Shown: positions 1 to 11,763, counted from the first letter of the stretch. The stretch is DNA of 64,000 bases from an uncultured cyanobacterium (GCA_963703315.1 OY969811.1:4128001-4192000); one strand, 5' to 3'. Notes: generated by a model not told the origin, from the sequence alone. A program made the numbers and translations.

Positions 1-56
1 ACAATCATCGGCTCAGTCATGGATGGGGCTAATTCTTGCATGGTGTTTGAGTGCTT

Positions 57-1850
57 TTATAAACTGTTTTGATGAATCACACGGGCATCAAGTCCGATCG
101 CCGATCGCACAATGACTTTTAAGACTTCAGCGCGATCGCGATCGGGATAGCCCTGTACCATAATGATATTCCCAAATCTTGAAGGAACTACTTTTGCCGA
201 AGGAACAGCGCTGCGTACACGATTAAGAACTTCACTGTCTGAAGATGGAATGATCACTAAATAGGGGGTAGTATCTTTCGCTGGAGGTGGCACTAGAGCG
301 GCAATTTTTGCATTGTAAGGAATTGGTTTGGTTACTACAGGAGTAGTTACTGCGGGAGGAGTTTGGACAGAGGTAGTAGGAATATTTGGTGAGGGTTGAT
401 TATTGGGAATAAACTGTGATTTCGGTAGATTAACTGGTGGTGTTACAGGAACAGGATCGCGATCAATGAGAACTTCATTAGGACTATTAGAAAAATTTGT
501 TGTTGAAGTCGTAGAATTATTAACGGGAGTAGCAGTCACCGTCTCAGTATTGGCAATGGAACTAGAATTGGGGTTGGTGATAGATTGAGGTACGTCTGGT
601 AATGGCTCTATAAAGATACTAGTCGGTGGTAAAACAGGTTTGGGCGTGGGTTGCTTCGCAATGGGTTGATTCGCAATGGGTTGATTAATTGTCGGTTGTG
701 GCGATCGCGTAATTTCGACAGTATTATTTGCGGTATTACTGGTGGTGTTGGTGGAAACAGGTGCTAATGGCGTAATCGCGACTTCAGGTAAAGGAGCAGT
801 TGGTGATGCTCCCACAAAAGCAATATCCCCTGCAATCTTTTTGGGATCGAGTTCATTCCCAACTGCAACTTGAGTAACTCCAGAATTATTGTTGAGGTCT
901 TTTTCCAGATTGTTCCGAAAGATGTTTTTGCCGAGACTATTAGAAGTCCCTAAATCTGGAGTGGGATAGCCTTTACGGTCTTTAAGAATTACAATCCCAC
1001 TGCGCTTATTATCGGCAATTACATTGTTGCGTAGCGTGGGAGCCGACAAGTTGGAAATGACGATTCCATCGGTATTATTGAGAATATTATTATTAGTGAT
1101 CTTCACCCGTGATTTCTGCCCGATCGCTAAGCCAAAACCTGTACTTTCAAAAATATTATTCCGAATTTCGCCCGTACTACTACCTACCGCCGAGAGTCCA
1201 TTTGCGCCATTTTTCTTAAACAGATTTTCGCTGATAGTCGCATCAGCCGTACCCGTGAGAAATACCCCTTCGCGATCGCTATTGGCAAAAGTATTATTCG
1301 CGATCGCCACGCGCTTACCTGACTCCACCCAAACCGCCGTACCTCTAGTATTAGGATTAGTGACAGTAATTCCTTCAATCCTCGCATTATTTTCAGCTAG
1401 TAGCGTAATATTTTGACTAGCAAAGCTGGGACTAATAAACTTGCCGCCGCCCTGAATCACCGTATTGACACCTCTGACGGTCGGTTCGCCTCGTAGTGTT
1501 ACTCCTGCGGGAATCCGAATCGGAAATGTTTCCCCTGTGTCTGCACTATAGACACCTTGCTGTAGCTGAATCACTGTTCCCGCCGCAGGTTTAGTCGCTA
1601 GCGCTGCCGTGATTGAGGGATAGGGATTATTGGGTGATCCATCTCCATTGGGATTAGGACGTGGAGACACATAGATTAATGAGGCTGTCTGTGGTAATTG
1701 GCTGATTTTCCAAGATGACTGGTGCGGCGGTCTTGTCAATGTCACAGGACTAGCTAACATTGCTGGAGCGATCGCCAGAATATTTGTGCATATTGCGATC
1801 GCACTGAAAAAACTAGGTTTGCACCGCATACGGAAGATCCTCTTAACCAA
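57..1850 (-). CDS. Secreted DUF1565/parallel beta-helix (pectin lyase-like) protein with Pro/Thr-rich linker and possible C-terminal SPOR-like domain
   Basis: Signal-peptide-like N-terminus; IYVSP..GDGSPNNPYPSITAAL..GETFPIRIPAGVTLRG motif; repeated I.NN.F..N beta-helix turns; low-complexity linker. Start codon uncertain. Confidence 0.75.
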   Translation of the reverse strand: MVKRIFRMRCKPSFFSAIAICTNILAIAPAMLASPVTLTRPPHQSSWKISQLPQTASLIYVSPRPNPNGDGSPNNPYPSITAALATKPAAGTVIQLQQGVYSADTGETFPIRIPAGVTLRGEPTVRGVNTVIQGGGKFISPSFASQNITLLAENNARIEGITVTNPNTRGTAVWVESGKRVAIANNTFANSDREGVFLTGTADATISENLFKKNGANGLSAVGSSTGEIRNNIFESTGFGLAIGQKSRVKITNNNILNNTDGIVISNLSAPTLRNNVIADNKRSGIVILKDRKGYPTPDLGTSNSLGKNIFRNNLEKDLNNNSGVTQVAVGNELDPKKIAGDIAFVGASPTAPLPEVAITPLAPVSTNTTSNTANNTVEITRSPQPTINQPIANQPIAKQPTPKPVLPPTSIFIEPLPDVPQSITNPNSSSIANTETVTATPVNNSTTSTTNFSNSPNEVLIDRDPVPVTPPVNLPKSQFIPNNQPSPNIPTTSVQTPPAVTTPVVTKPIPYNAKIAALVPPPAKDTTPYLVIIPSSDSEVLNRVRSAVPSAKVVPSRFGNIIMVQGYPDRDRAEVLKVIVRSAIGLDARVIHQNSL

Positions 1851-2091
1851 CGGACAAAATCAAATTAAAAGTGCATACTTTTGCCAATCAAAATACACGA
1901 AAATTCAACCACTTGCTTAAATTCTTTAAAAATAAAACGTGATACCTAGCCTAGTGATAGCAGACAAATATCAGAATTATAAGTGTGAAAACTCAAAGCT
2001 GTGGGGTTTTAGTTTTATTGCACAGTGCTACTTAGCATAAAATAGCTAGAGATTAACTTTTATTGAGCAGGGATATTTAAAGAGGCAACAC

Positions 2092-2799
2092 ATGGGGCAA
2101 ACACTCGAAGCTGTAGCGATTAATGATCAAATCAATTACCACACCGAAAAATATCGCGACGCTTACAGTCGGATCAATGCGATCGTCATTGAGGGAGAAG
2201 CTGAGGCAAACAGCAATTATCTGCAATTGGCAGAGCTAATGCCCAAATTTAAAGAAGATCTCATCAAGCTTGCCAAGATGGAGGAACGCCACAAGAAAGG
2301 ATTTACTGCCTGTGGTAAAAACCTCAGTGTTACCCCAGACATGGAATTTGCTGAGAAATTCTTTGCTGAACTGCATAGCAATTTCCAAAAAGCCTTTGCA
2401 AATGGGGATATTGTCACTTGCTTACTGATCCAATCACTTATCATTGAGTGCTTTGCGATCGCTGCTTACAACATCTATATTCCTGTTGCCGATCCTTTTG
2501 CTCGCAAGATTACAGAAGGTGTCATCAAAGACGAATATTTGCATCTTAACTTTGGCGAAGAATGGTTGCAAGATCATTTTGAACAGTCCAAAGCAACTTT
2601 GGAACAAGCCAACCGTCAAAACTTGCCGATCGTTTGGAAGATGCTGAACCAAGTCGAAACCGATGCCAAGGTTTTGGGTATGGAGAAAGAAGCTTTAGTC
2701 GAAGACTTCATGATCCAATATGGCGAAAGTCTGAATAAGATCGGTTTCAATACCCGCGACATCATGAAAATGTCAGCGATGGGCTTAGTCGCAGCTTAA
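2092..2799 (+). CDS. ado: Aldehyde-deformylating oxygenase (alkane biosynthesis)
   Basis: [20 protein letters not shown] and DEYLH di-iron EXXH motifs; adjacent to acyl-ACP reductase. Confidence 0.97.
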   Translation: MGQTLEAVAINDQINYHTEKYRDAYSRINAIVIEGEAEANSNYLQLAELMPKFKEDLIKLAKMEERHKKGFTACGKNLSVTPDMEFAEKFFAELHSNFQKAFANGDIVTCLLIQSLIIECFAIAAYNIYIPVADPFARKITEGVIKDEYLHLNFGEEWLQDHFEQSKATLEQANRQNLPIVWKMLNQVETDAKVLGMEKEALVEDFMIQYGESLNKIGFNTRDIMKMSAMGLVAA

Positions 2800-2902
2800 T
2801 GACTATTAGCAGTTAGCTAACTTCTAACTGCTAAAATAGCTGTTTAAAGAGCTGTTTAAAGAAATAATAATTTCTAAAAAAATTCTCAATATAAATAAAA
2901 AA

Positions 2903-2937
2903 GCTAATAGCTAATTGCTAATAGCTAATTGCTAATA
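2903..2937. repeat. Heptamer tandem repeat (GCTAATA/GCTAATT), STRR-like
   Basis: gctaata gctaatt gctaata gctaatt gctaata between ado and aar. Confidence 0.8.
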
Positions 2938-2958
2938 AAAAACTGGTAACTGTAATCG

Positions 2959-3978
2959 ATGTTTGGTCTCATTGGGCATTTGACAAGTCTTGAACACGCT
3001 CAGTCTGTAGCAAGGGAATTAGGCTATCCCGAATATGCCGATCAAGGTTTGGAATTTTGGTGTAGCGCTCCACCCCAAATTGTCGATCACATCAAAGTTA
3101 CGAGTGCCACAGGTCAGCAGATCGAAGGCTTATATGTAGAGTCATGCTTCCTGCCTGAAATGTTGGCAGGCAGCAAAATTAAAACTGCTATTCGTAAAAT
3201 TCTCAATGCGATGGCTCATGCCCAAAAAAATGATATTGATATCACGGCTTTGGGCGGGTTTTCATCGATTATTTTTGAAAATTTCAACTTGGCACAAATG
3301 TCCAGTGTGCGAAATATTCAACTAGAATTCAATCGCTTCACCACAGGTAATACGCATACCGCCTATATTATTTGCCGTCAGATCGAAGAGGCTAGCCGCA
3401 AATTTGGGATTGACTTAGCAAAAGCGACAGTCACGGTTTGTGGAGCAACGGGAGATATTGGTAGCGCTGTATGTCGTTGGCTGGACGCACGTACTAATAT
3501 CAAAGACTTATTGCTAGTCGCCCGCAATCAAGAACGCTTACAGGAATTACAAGCCCAACTTGGACGCGGTAAAGTCATGAGTATCGAGGAAGCTTTGCCC
3601 CAGTCCGATATTATTGTCTGGGTGGCAAGTATGGCAAAGGGCATGGCGATCGATGCAACTACCCTTAAGCGTCCTTGTATTTTGATCGATGGTGGCTATC
3701 CTAAAAATATGTCTACCCTCGTTCAAGAAGAAGGGATTCATGTCATTGATGGCGGCATCGTTGAGCATAGTCTCGATATTGACTGGAAGATCATGAAAAT
3801 TGTCAATATGACAGCGCCAGCCCGTCAGCTTTTTGCCTGTTTTGCCGAAGCGATGCTCTTAGAGTTTGAAGGTTGGCACACCAATTTCTCATGGGGACGC
3901 AATCAAATCAGCCTTGACAATATGGACAAAATTGGTGCAGTGTCTGTCAAACATGGATTCAGACCACTAATAAATTAA
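2959..3978 (+). CDS. aar: Long-chain acyl-ACP reductase
   Basis: [15 protein letters not shown] start, [36 protein letters not shown]. Confidence 0.97.
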   Translation: MFGLIGHLTSLEHAQSVARELGYPEYADQGLEFWCSAPPQIVDHIKVTSATGQQIEGLYVESCFLPEMLAGSKIKTAIRKILNAMAHAQKNDIDITALGGFSSIIFENFNLAQMSSVRNIQLEFNRFTTGNTHTAYIICRQIEEASRKFGIDLAKATVTVCGATGDIGSAVCRWLDARTNIKDLLLVARNQERLQELQAQLGRGKVMSIEEALPQSDIIVWVASMAKGMAIDATTLKRPCILIDGGYPKNMSTLVQEEGIHVIDGGIVEHSLDIDWKIMKIVNMTAPARQLFACFAEAMLLEFEGWHTNFSWGRNQISLDNMDKIGAVSVKHGFRPLIN

Positions 3979-3982
3979 TACA

Positions 3983-4025
3983 TTACACAGTAAAGGAGGC
4001 AAGATGAGCCTCCTTTACTGTGTAA
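3983..4025 (+). terminator. Stem-loop after aar
   Basis: ttacacagtaaaggaggc-aagatga-gcctcctttactgtgtaa, perfect 18-bp inverted repeat. Confidence 0.7.
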
Positions 4026-4113
4026 AATTTGGTTTCTAATTGTGCCGAGGTACTTAGAAAGGCAAGGCGCAAACCACTGTTGTAAATTTAGAGATTTCTT
4101 ATAAATTGCAAAT

Positions 4114-5016
4114 ATGACTCAAAAGATTGCATTTCTTGGCTTGGGGGTAATGGGTGGGGCAATGTCTGCCAACTTGGTGAAACGTGGTTATTCAGTGATT
4201 GGGTGGAATCGGACTAAAAATCGCCCCACGATCGCCCCATTTATTAATGCAGGGGGTACTTTAGCAGACTCTTTACAAGACGCAGTAAAAGACGCAACTG
4301 TAGTCTTTTCTTGCTTAGGTGATGTCCCTGATGTGACTGAAGTACTCATCGGTGAACAGGGGGCGATGAATTTTGCTAAGGCAAATACTTTATTTATTGA
4401 TGCTAGTACGATTGGCAATGAGGCGGCTAAATATATTGGTAATGCGTTAATCCATGATGGTTTACGCTTTTTAGATGCACCAGTTTCGGGTGGAGATGTG
4501 GGCGCACGTAATGGCACATTGACCTTTATGGTTGGTGGTAATCCAGAAGATTTGCAGGAATGTTTGCCTTTATTTGAGGCTATGGGTAGCAATATTAAAC
4601 ATTGTGGGGCGATCGGTAGCGGTCAAGCGGTGAAGATGTGCAATCAAACCCTAGTATCGGTGTATATGCTAGCGCTTTGTGAAACTATGCAAATGGCACA
4701 AAAAATGGGGATTGATCCGCAACTAATTGTTGATGTGTGTGGTAGTGGTGCGGCTGGCTCATGGGCGTTGACGAATCTGGGCATGAAGGTGGCGACGGGG
4801 GATTATCAAGCAGGATTTGCGATTAAACATATGCTTAAGGATTTACGTTTGGTACAAGAGATTAGTCAGGCGGATTGCCCCGATTCATCACCAGATTTTG
4901 CGGTAACTTTACCTGCGATCGCTTTAGCTATGCAAAAATTTCAACAAGTGAGTCAGCTTGATGATGGACAAGGTGCAGAGCAAGGCACACAAGCGATGAT
5001 TCGCGCTTACAAATAA
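4114..5016 (+). CDS. NAD(P)-dependent beta-hydroxyacid dehydrogenase (3-hydroxyisobutyrate/tartronate semialdehyde reductase family)
   Basis: FLGLGVMG, FLDAPVSGG, GSGQAVKMCNQ, KHMLKDL. Confidence 0.9.
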   Translation: MTQKIAFLGLGVMGGAMSANLVKRGYSVIGWNRTKNRPTIAPFINAGGTLADSLQDAVKDATVVFSCLGDVPDVTEVLIGEQGAMNFAKANTLFIDASTIGNEAAKYIGNALIHDGLRFLDAPVSGGDVGARNGTLTFMVGGNPEDLQECLPLFEAMGSNIKHCGAIGSGQAVKMCNQTLVSVYMLALCETMQMAQKMGIDPQLIVDVCGSGAAGSWALTNLGMKVATGDYQAGFAIKHMLKDLRLVQEISQADCPDSSPDFAVTLPAIALAMQKFQQVSQLDDGQGAEQGTQAMIRAYK

Positions 5017-5152
5017 ACAAAAGTACGCTTCGCGTACTTTTGTTTATTTGTGATAAATCTTAAATTGTTAAAAATCTAGCAAACTCAAGCAAGTATGCTT
5101 TGATACAATGCGAAGTTAATCCCGTAATGCTGCCTCCGCTCCTCCAGAAAAA

Positions 5153-6322
5153 ATGCAACTGGCAAAACGACTTCGTAATATTCAGCCTTCCTTAACTCTA
5201 GCGATCGACGCGAAAGCTAAGGCGATGAAGGCTAGTGGAATTGATATTTGTAGCTTTAGTGCTGGCGAACCAGACTTTGATACGCCCGATCACATTAAGG
5301 CTGCGGCAAAAACTGCCCTTGACCAAGGTAAAACCCGCTACACTGCGGCAGCAGGTATACCAGAACTCAAACAGGCGATCGCCTCTAAACTCCTAAAAGA
5401 TAATCAGCTAACCTATAAGCCCGAACAAATCATTGTCACTAATGGCGGTAAGCACTCGCTCTACAACCTGATGATGGCAATCCTTGATGAAGGTGATGAA
5501 GTAATTATTCCTGTGCCTTTTTGGGTGAGCTATCCCGAAATGGCAAAACTTGCTGAGGCAACACCAATATTTGTAGTCACTTCCGAAGAGAATGGCTACA
5601 AGATTACTCCTGAACAATTGGAAGCGGCGATTAATCCTAAAACCAAGTTATTTATTCTCAATTCTCCTTCTAATCCCACAGGGATGGTTTACTCGCCTGC
5701 GGAAATAAAAGCATTAGCTGAAGTTCTTGAGCGACATCCACAGGTTTATATCGTTTCTGATGAGATTTACGAAAAGATTCTCTACGATGGGGCAACTCAT
5801 CTCAGCATTGCTACGGTTAGTCAAGCTATGTACGATCGCACTTTGATTAGTAGTGGTTTTGCTAAGGCTTACTCGATGACGGGTTGGCGAGTTGGCTATT
5901 TGGCAGGTGCGTCCGAAATCATTAAGGCAGCCACGACAATTCAAGGACATAGCACCTCGAATATCTGTACCTTTGCTCAGTATGGTGCTGTCACTGCTCT
6001 GAATGATTCCCAAGAATGTGTGGAAACAATGCGAAAAGCTTTTGCTGAGCGTCGCGATGTTATGTATGACCTGTTAACTTCTATTTCAGGAATTACTTGT
6101 CCAAAACCTGATGGCGCATTCTATCTTTTCCCTAGCATCAAATCCTTTGGGATTCCTTCCCTTGATTTTTGCGATAAATTGCTAGAAGAATTCCAAGTTG
6201 CGGTGATTCCGGGGATTGCCTTCGGACTTGATCATTGCATTCGTCTTTCCTATGCTACTAATTTAGAAACGATTCGTGAAGGTTGCGATCGCATTCGTCA
6301 ATTCACTGCAAAACATTTTTAG
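5153..6322 (+). CDS. aspC: Class I PLP-dependent aminotransferase (aspartate aminotransferase type)
   Basis: [37 protein letters not shown]. Confidence 0.9.
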   Translation: MQLAKRLRNIQPSLTLAIDAKAKAMKASGIDICSFSAGEPDFDTPDHIKAAAKTALDQGKTRYTAAAGIPELKQAIASKLLKDNQLTYKPEQIIVTNGGKHSLYNLMMAILDEGDEVIIPVPFWVSYPEMAKLAEATPIFVVTSEENGYKITPEQLEAAINPKTKLFILNSPSNPTGMVYSPAEIKALAEVLERHPQVYIVSDEIYEKILYDGATHLSIATVSQAMYDRTLISSGFAKAYSMTGWRVGYLAGASEIIKAATTIQGHSTSNICTFAQYGAVTALNDSQECVETMRKAFAERRDVMYDLLTSISGITCPKPDGAFYLFPSIKSFGIPSLDFCDKLLEEFQVAVIPGIAFGLDHCIRLSYATNLETIREGCDRIRQFTAKHF

Positions 6323-6341
6323 AGCCATGCTTGAGTGAATC

Positions 6342-6441
6342 CCCAAAAAGTTGATAGCGGCGCAAAGCGCCGCTATCAACTTTTTGGGACGCGCAGTAAA
6401 CTAAACTTTTGGTGGCGCGGCGAAGCCGCACCACCAAAAGT
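6342..6441. repeat. Two adjacent GC-cored palindromes of a dispersed intergenic hairpin family
   Basis: cccaaaaagttgatagcggcgc-aaa-gcgccgctatcaactttttggg and cttttggtggcgcggc-gaa-gccgcaccaccaaaag; relatives near 5010, 7646, 9474, 18031, 19429, 33173, 41774, 41883, 43457. Confidence 0.85.
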
Positions 6442-6469
6442 CTGAAATCTTAGGGCGGAAGATCAACTA

Positions 6470-7651
6470 GTGAGAGTGCTTCATATTATTCCTTCGGTAT
6501 CGCCAGTGCGTGGTGGTCCTAGCCAAGCAATCATCGAAATGGTAAAGGCTTTGCGATCGCAAGGTATTGATGCGGAGATTGTGACCACGAATGATAATGG
6601 CAAAGATGTACTGGATGTGCCGCTATGCGAACTTACCGATCAATTAGGGGAATATGCAAATGTGCCGATTCGATTTTTCCCCAGACTTTCACCAAATATC
6701 CATGCAGTGCGTGAGTTTGCCTATTCAGGCGCGATGACGGTTTGGCTATGGCAATATATTACGGATTACGACATCATTCATGTCCACGCGATTTTCTCCT
6801 ACACTTCCACGATCGCAATGGCGATCGCCCGTATTAAGCAAGTTCCCTATATCAATCGTCCCCTCGGACAGCTATGTGAATGGTCTTTACAACAAAGCCA
6901 ACTTCGCAAACACATTTATCTCAATTTAATTGAACGCTCTAATTTATTGCATAGTCAAGCTCTCCATTTTACGGCTGAGCAAGAACGCATAGAGTTTAAT
7001 CAACTAGGTTTAAAGATTCCCAACTTTGTTTTGCCTCATGGGGTTCACATTCCTAAGCTAATTCCCAATGCTCAGGAGCAATTACACAATATCCTCCAAG
7101 TTCCTGATCACATTCCCATTATTTTGTTTATGTCACGTATCCATCCCAAAAAAGGACTGGAATACTTGATTCCTGCGCTTGGTAAATTAAAAGATGATAA
7201 CTTTGTCTTCGCGATCGCAGGTAGTGGCGAACCAGACTATGTGCAGCAAATTAAAGAATTACTAGTAACTCATGGCATTAGCGATCTCACGCATCTAGTT
7301 GGCTTTGTTAAAGGTGAAACTAAAAATCTCTATTTGCAAGGTGCAGATTTATTTGTGCTGACTTCGCACTCGGAAAACTTTGGTATTGCTGTAATCGAAG
7401 CCTTAGCTTCAGCAACTCCTGTGTTAATTACTGAGGGTGTAGCGATCTCGCCAATAGTGAAAGAGCAGAAGATTGGTTATGTTACTAACCTTGATGTAGA
7501 AGCGATCTTTATTGCGCTCCAACAATTTTTGGAGCAGCCTCAACTTACTAAACAAATAGGCGATCGCGCCCAGCAATACATCACTGAAAATTATAGTTGG
7601 ACTCAAATAGCCCATAGCCTGATCGACATATATAGCAACCTAAACAAGTGA
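6470..7651 (+). CDS. Family 4 (GT-B) glycosyltransferase
   Basis: MRVLHIIP..GGP, SRIHPKKG, SHSENFGIAVIEALA (EX7E motif). Confidence 0.9.
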   Translation: MRVLHIIPSVSPVRGGPSQAIIEMVKALRSQGIDAEIVTTNDNGKDVLDVPLCELTDQLGEYANVPIRFFPRLSPNIHAVREFAYSGAMTVWLWQYITDYDIIHVHAIFSYTSTIAMAIARIKQVPYINRPLGQLCEWSLQQSQLRKHIYLNLIERSNLLHSQALHFTAEQERIEFNQLGLKIPNFVLPHGVHIPKLIPNAQEQLHNILQVPDHIPIILFMSRIHPKKGLEYLIPALGKLKDDNFVFAIAGSGEPDYVQQIKELLVTHGISDLTHLVGFVKGETKNLYLQGADLFVLTSHSENFGIAVIEALASATPVLITEGVAISPIVKEQKIGYVTNLDVEAIFIALQQFLEQPQLTKQIGDRAQQYITENYSWTQIAHSLIDIYSNLNK

Positions 7652-7682
7652 ATTGCGGCGCTTCGCGCCGCAATTCACTTAT

Positions 7683-9320
7683 TTAGACATTGGCTAACTC
7701 TTTCATCGGTGCGGCAAGAGCTTCTTCTAACGGGGCGCGTCCTAGACGCTCTTCGAGAATATTCATCACCGTGCGTCCGAAATCATCATCATCACGCTTC
7801 CATGCTTCCAAACAAACTTCGCCAAAGAAAGAACCAAGAGGTTCAGGATTCCAAAGTAGTTTCTTGGCAGTCCAAGGCATCATACTCATGGGGTTGTAGT
7901 CGGGTTTGAGTATGTTATTTTTGAAAGCATAATCTTCTAAATGGGTATGGGGTTGCAAACCAATGAAGAAGATTGCAGGTTCCACTTTGTCCGCACCAAA
8001 TATAGATTCTAATTCGCGGTGATAGGCGATCGTTTGACGCACGGTTTCTAGAGTTTCATCAATCACATTGAAGGAATAATTGACGGATACTAATTCATTA
8101 AAACCTGCGGCTCTAAGATCGCGACAGTTTTGTAAAACGGATTTGAGGTTATAGCCCATTCGCATTTTACGCACTAATTCTTGAGAGCCGCTAGTAATAC
8201 CGATCTCGAAGTAACTCATGCCTGTCTCGACCATCAACTGACAGAGGTAAGGTGTGAGATTGTCCGCCCGAATATAAGCCGCCCAATGGATGTCAGTCAT
8301 GCCCGATGCTTTGACTTTTTCAAGAAGTTCTACCGCATCATCAATGAATTTTTTGGCGGGAATGAACTGAGCATCGGTAAACCAGAAATTGCGAACGCCG
8401 CGATCGTAGAGTGTCCGCATTTCCTTAATTACTTCATCGGTAGGATTGATGCGAACTTGTTTTCCTTCGATGACGGTGTAGATGCAGTAGCAACAGTTAT
8501 GAGGACAGCCGCGCTTGGTTTGGACACCAATATAAAAGTCGCGATCGCGAAAATAGTAATTAAAATCTTCCCAAATTGATTCGATATATTCGTAATTACA
8601 AGCACTTTTTTCAATCGGTGCGGGTTGCTCATGGATAAGTCTGGCACGCGGTTTGGTTTCACCCACCACATAGCAGCGATCGCTGGCAATTTCCCGACCT
8701 TGTACCAAACGCTCTAGCAATGATTCACCTTCACCAACGGAAATAATCGTTCCCTTTGGCAAGATATTGCCGAGTTGCTCATAAAATACGCTCACCGCCC
8801 CACCCCCAATCACGGCTCTGGCTTCAGGATGATAGCGTCTAGCACGAGCTAAACCCCGTCTAATTAATTGAGAATTGCGCCAAAGCTCAGTGTAGTAAGA
8901 GGTAAATAACCTCAATCCATTTACGGCTCCGCGCAATTTCTTAAATGGATTTTTGGCATAGTAAAACTCAAAGGCATTTTGGAGAGGATTGCCACCGCGT
9001 CCGCCCACGGGTGCATAGATCTGGATATCACGCCATGAAAATACTAATAAGTTGGGTTGAAACTTGTCGATCGCCCGATCTAGAGCAGCATAAAAATCAA
9101 GAGGCGGTACTGTGCCTAAGTCAAAAATATTTTGCTGCACATGGGGCGCAACCTTATGAATATGATCGGATAAATAAACTACACCAATGGGAAAAATCGG
9201 GTTACAGGGTAGGCGAATGTAGAGAATGCGATCGCAACCCTTAGATACATCGTTAGATATAGCCGTAGATATGTCATCAGATGAGGTGCTGTCATTGATT
9301 TGGAGAGCATTGGTAGGCAT
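7683..9320 (-). CDS. B12-binding-type radical SAM protein, cyanobacterial Slr0320-like (PSII high-light acclimation)
   Basis: RGCPHNCCYC CX3CX2C motif; LYIRLPCNPIFPIG N-terminus; divergent from a DUF1830 gene. Confidence 0.85.
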   Translation of the reverse strand: MPTNALQINDSTSSDDISTAISNDVSKGCDRILYIRLPCNPIFPIGVVYLSDHIHKVAPHVQQNIFDLGTVPPLDFYAALDRAIDKFQPNLLVFSWRDIQIYAPVGGRGGNPLQNAFEFYYAKNPFKKLRGAVNGLRLFTSYYTELWRNSQLIRRGLARARRYHPEARAVIGGGAVSVFYEQLGNILPKGTIISVGEGESLLERLVQGREIASDRCYVVGETKPRARLIHEQPAPIEKSACNYEYIESIWEDFNYYFRDRDFYIGVQTKRGCPHNCCYCIYTVIEGKQVRINPTDEVIKEMRTLYDRGVRNFWFTDAQFIPAKKFIDDAVELLEKVKASGMTDIHWAAYIRADNLTPYLCQLMVETGMSYFEIGITSGSQELVRKMRMGYNLKSVLQNCRDLRAAGFNELVSVNYSFNVIDETLETVRQTIAYHRELESIFGADKVEPAIFFIGLQPHTHLEDYAFKNNILKPDYNPMSMMPWTAKKLLWNPEPLGSFFGEVCLEAWKRDDDDFGRTVMNILEERLGRAPLEEALAAPMKELANV

Positions 9321-9859
9321 GGAATTTTTATATGATTTTTGTATTAATTTTTTATTATTTTTGTAAATGGAGATTGGTTTCCCGTCGAGGTTGGGGATAT
9401 AGGCGCTAATAAAACTTTACATATCTTAATTGTATTCATTTTAACGTCAGTGCGATCGCCATGCCCTCTATTGCCCAAAAGAGAGAGGCGGCACTTTGCG
9501 CCGCCTCTCTCTTTTGGGTTAGATGTTATTTTTGCTAGTTTTTATACTTTTTATGAGTTGAATGTATCTCACAGCAAAATTTTCATAATTCCATGACAGG
9601 AATCAATCGGTCGGGGATCAAATTTGACACTTACTTAGTTAATAGTTGGTAGTAGTGTTTACAATCGCGAAGTAGTTTTGAGTGTTAGCTTTATATCTAG
9701 TTGAAATTGCGAAATTTTTATTCTTGTGAACTCCAAAGATATCGGCAGGGTTTATTTGGTTTAATTAAGAATATTTTTTTGTTTGTGACTAAATAGCGAT
9801 TAACAAAATCGCAAAAACTTACTACTTCTTAGCTTAGTAAACTTTATCTGAAAAACACT

Positions 9860-10231
9860 ATGTCTATATTTGACCCATTACCTGCTGATCTGCACGATAA
9901 AAAAATCATCTGCTCCTACGTCAATGCCACCAGCAAAATTCAAATTGCCCGCATCACCGATGTTCCCCAATGGTACTTTGAGCGTGTTGTCTTTCCGGGG
10001 CAGAACCTAATATTTGAAGCGATCGCCTCCGCTCATCTAGAGATTCACACAGGAATGATGGCAAGCTCCATACTTTCGGATACAATTCCCTGTGTCCAAT
10101 TACAGGTAGAAGAAGCTAGCTCCACCTTGCCAAGCTGGGTTCCCATCAAACAGATGGGGGATGATGATCCCTTTGATGGTTTAGAGGAGCTAGAGATAAG
10201 TTCTTTGCCTGCACCTGAAGCGGTCTCCTAA
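9860..10231 (+). CDS. DUF1830 family protein
   Basis: YVNATSKIQIARI..WYFERVVFPGQ.L.FEA..LEIH. Confidence 0.85.
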   Translation: MSIFDPLPADLHDKKIICSYVNATSKIQIARITDVPQWYFERVVFPGQNLIFEAIASAHLEIHTGMMASSILSDTIPCVQLQVEEASSTLPSWVPIKQMGDDDPFDGLEELEISSLPAPEAVS

Positions 10232-10233
10232 AA

Positions 10234-11736
10234 ATGGATTTTCTTGCCCAAGTTTATGCCCAGTCTGCCCAGTTTATTCTCGGCATAAAAATGGATTTTC
10301 TGTCTCTTGATTATGCCCAATTTCTGATCGGCACAACGCTCATTTATTGGCTAGTTCCCAATCTGCAAATGCGCTTGTTGGTTATTTTGACTGCAAGTTT
10401 AATGTTTTATTCATTTATTCAGGTGCAGTATGTCTGGCTATTGATTGTGATGTTAACGATCACCTTTTGGTTGGGGAGAGAAATCCGTAAAGGCGATCAG
10501 TTTTTAAAGCAGTGGTTGCTGTTTGTGGGGATATTTTTTAATGTACTGCTGCTATTTGGGTTTAAATATATTCCTTTCGTTGCAACGGCGATCGGTAATA
10601 TTACAGGCTTGCCTGTGGGGAGTTCGCTAGCGATCTGGGCAAAGGCGAATATTATTCCGCCGATTACCTTAAGTTTCTTTGTCTTTGAATTAATTGCCTA
10701 TCTGATCGATACCTATCGTGGCAACACACCCGCTAGAGATTTTCTCAGCTTTGCGGCTTACAAATTGTTTTTTGCCAAGTTGCTATCAGGTCCAATTACC
10801 CGCTATCAAGAATTTGCACCTCAACTGTTAACGCGATCGCGTCCTGTACTACCCGATATTGTTGAAGGTATATGGCTATTTGCCTGTGGCGCTGCCAAAA
10901 AAGGGCTCGTCGCTGACAATATGGCGCGGTTAGTAGATCTCAGTTTTCGGAATACTGAACGCGCAGGTTCTGTCGATCTCTGGTTGGCATTGCTTGCATA
11001 CGGGATTCAGATCTATTGCGACTTTAGTGGTTATATCGATATGGCGAGAGGTAGTGCCTTGTTATTCGGTTTCAAACTACCCCAAAATTTTGATTTCCCC
11101 TATTTCTCGGCGAGTATTTCTGATTTTTGGCGACGTTGGCACATGACCCTCGGTGCATGGATGCGAAATTATCTCTATATTCCTCTCGGTGGTTCTCGTG
11201 GTAGACTATGGCGCACCTGCCTAAACTTGATGATCATCATGGTTGTAGTTGGCATTTGGCATGGCGCAAACTGGGGCTTCATTATCTGGGGTGTATGGCA
11301 TGGAGCCGCCCTAGTCGCCCATCGCCTGTGGATGGAAGTTTGTTCTGTCTTCGAGGGATTACAAAAAATCTGGAAACCTCTACCTATGCAAATCTTGGCA
11401 ATTGTAATTACCCAGTTAGTCGTCTTTTTAGGATGGATTCCGTTTCGCTTGCCAAATATAGTGGATATGAATATGTTTATCAAAAGACTATGGGGCTACG
11501 AAAGTGATCCGCAGTTTGGCATCAAAATCTATGTTGAATCCCTCGGTATTACTGTGGGGCAAATTTCGCTCTTAATGTTGGGGATATTTGTTGTGTCACT
11601 GATTGCCTATCGTTGCGATCGCGCTAAGTGGCAATTAAATTGGCAAGTAAAATTATTCCTAGTCCCCGTCAGCCTATTTCTAGTTAGCATTCTTAGCCCT
11701 GACAAGAAATTACCCTTCATCTACTTTGATTTTTAG
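10234..11736 (+). CDS. MBOAT family O-acyltransferase (AlgI/DltB-like); true start may be 10291
   Basis: SFFVFELIAYLID, QIYCDFSGYIDMA, FWRRWHMTL, GIWHGANW. Confidence 0.9.
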   Translation: MDFLAQVYAQSAQFILGIKMDFLSLDYAQFLIGTTLIYWLVPNLQMRLLVILTASLMFYSFIQVQYVWLLIVMLTITFWLGREIRKGDQFLKQWLLFVGIFFNVLLLFGFKYIPFVATAIGNITGLPVGSSLAIWAKANIIPPITLSFFVFELIAYLIDTYRGNTPARDFLSFAAYKLFFAKLLSGPITRYQEFAPQLLTRSRPVLPDIVEGIWLFACGAAKKGLVADNMARLVDLSFRNTERAGSVDLWLALLAYGIQIYCDFSGYIDMARGSALLFGFKLPQNFDFPYFSASISDFWRRWHMTLGAWMRNYLYIPLGGSRGRLWRTCLNLMIIMVVVGIWHGANWGFIIWGVWHGAALVAHRLWMEVCSVFEGLQKIWKPLPMQILAIVITQLVVFLGWIPFRLPNIVDMNMFIKRLWGYESDPQFGIKIYVESLGITVGQISLLMLGIFVVSLIAYRCDRAKWQLNWQVKLFLVPVSLFLVSILSPDKKLPFIYFDF

Positions 11737-11763
11737 ATTGCGGAAAAGTTAGAGTTTTGGGCT

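Noticed and set aside
2092..3978. Alkane biosynthesis pair as a novelty
   Set aside because: Canonical ado-aar arrangement, well described.
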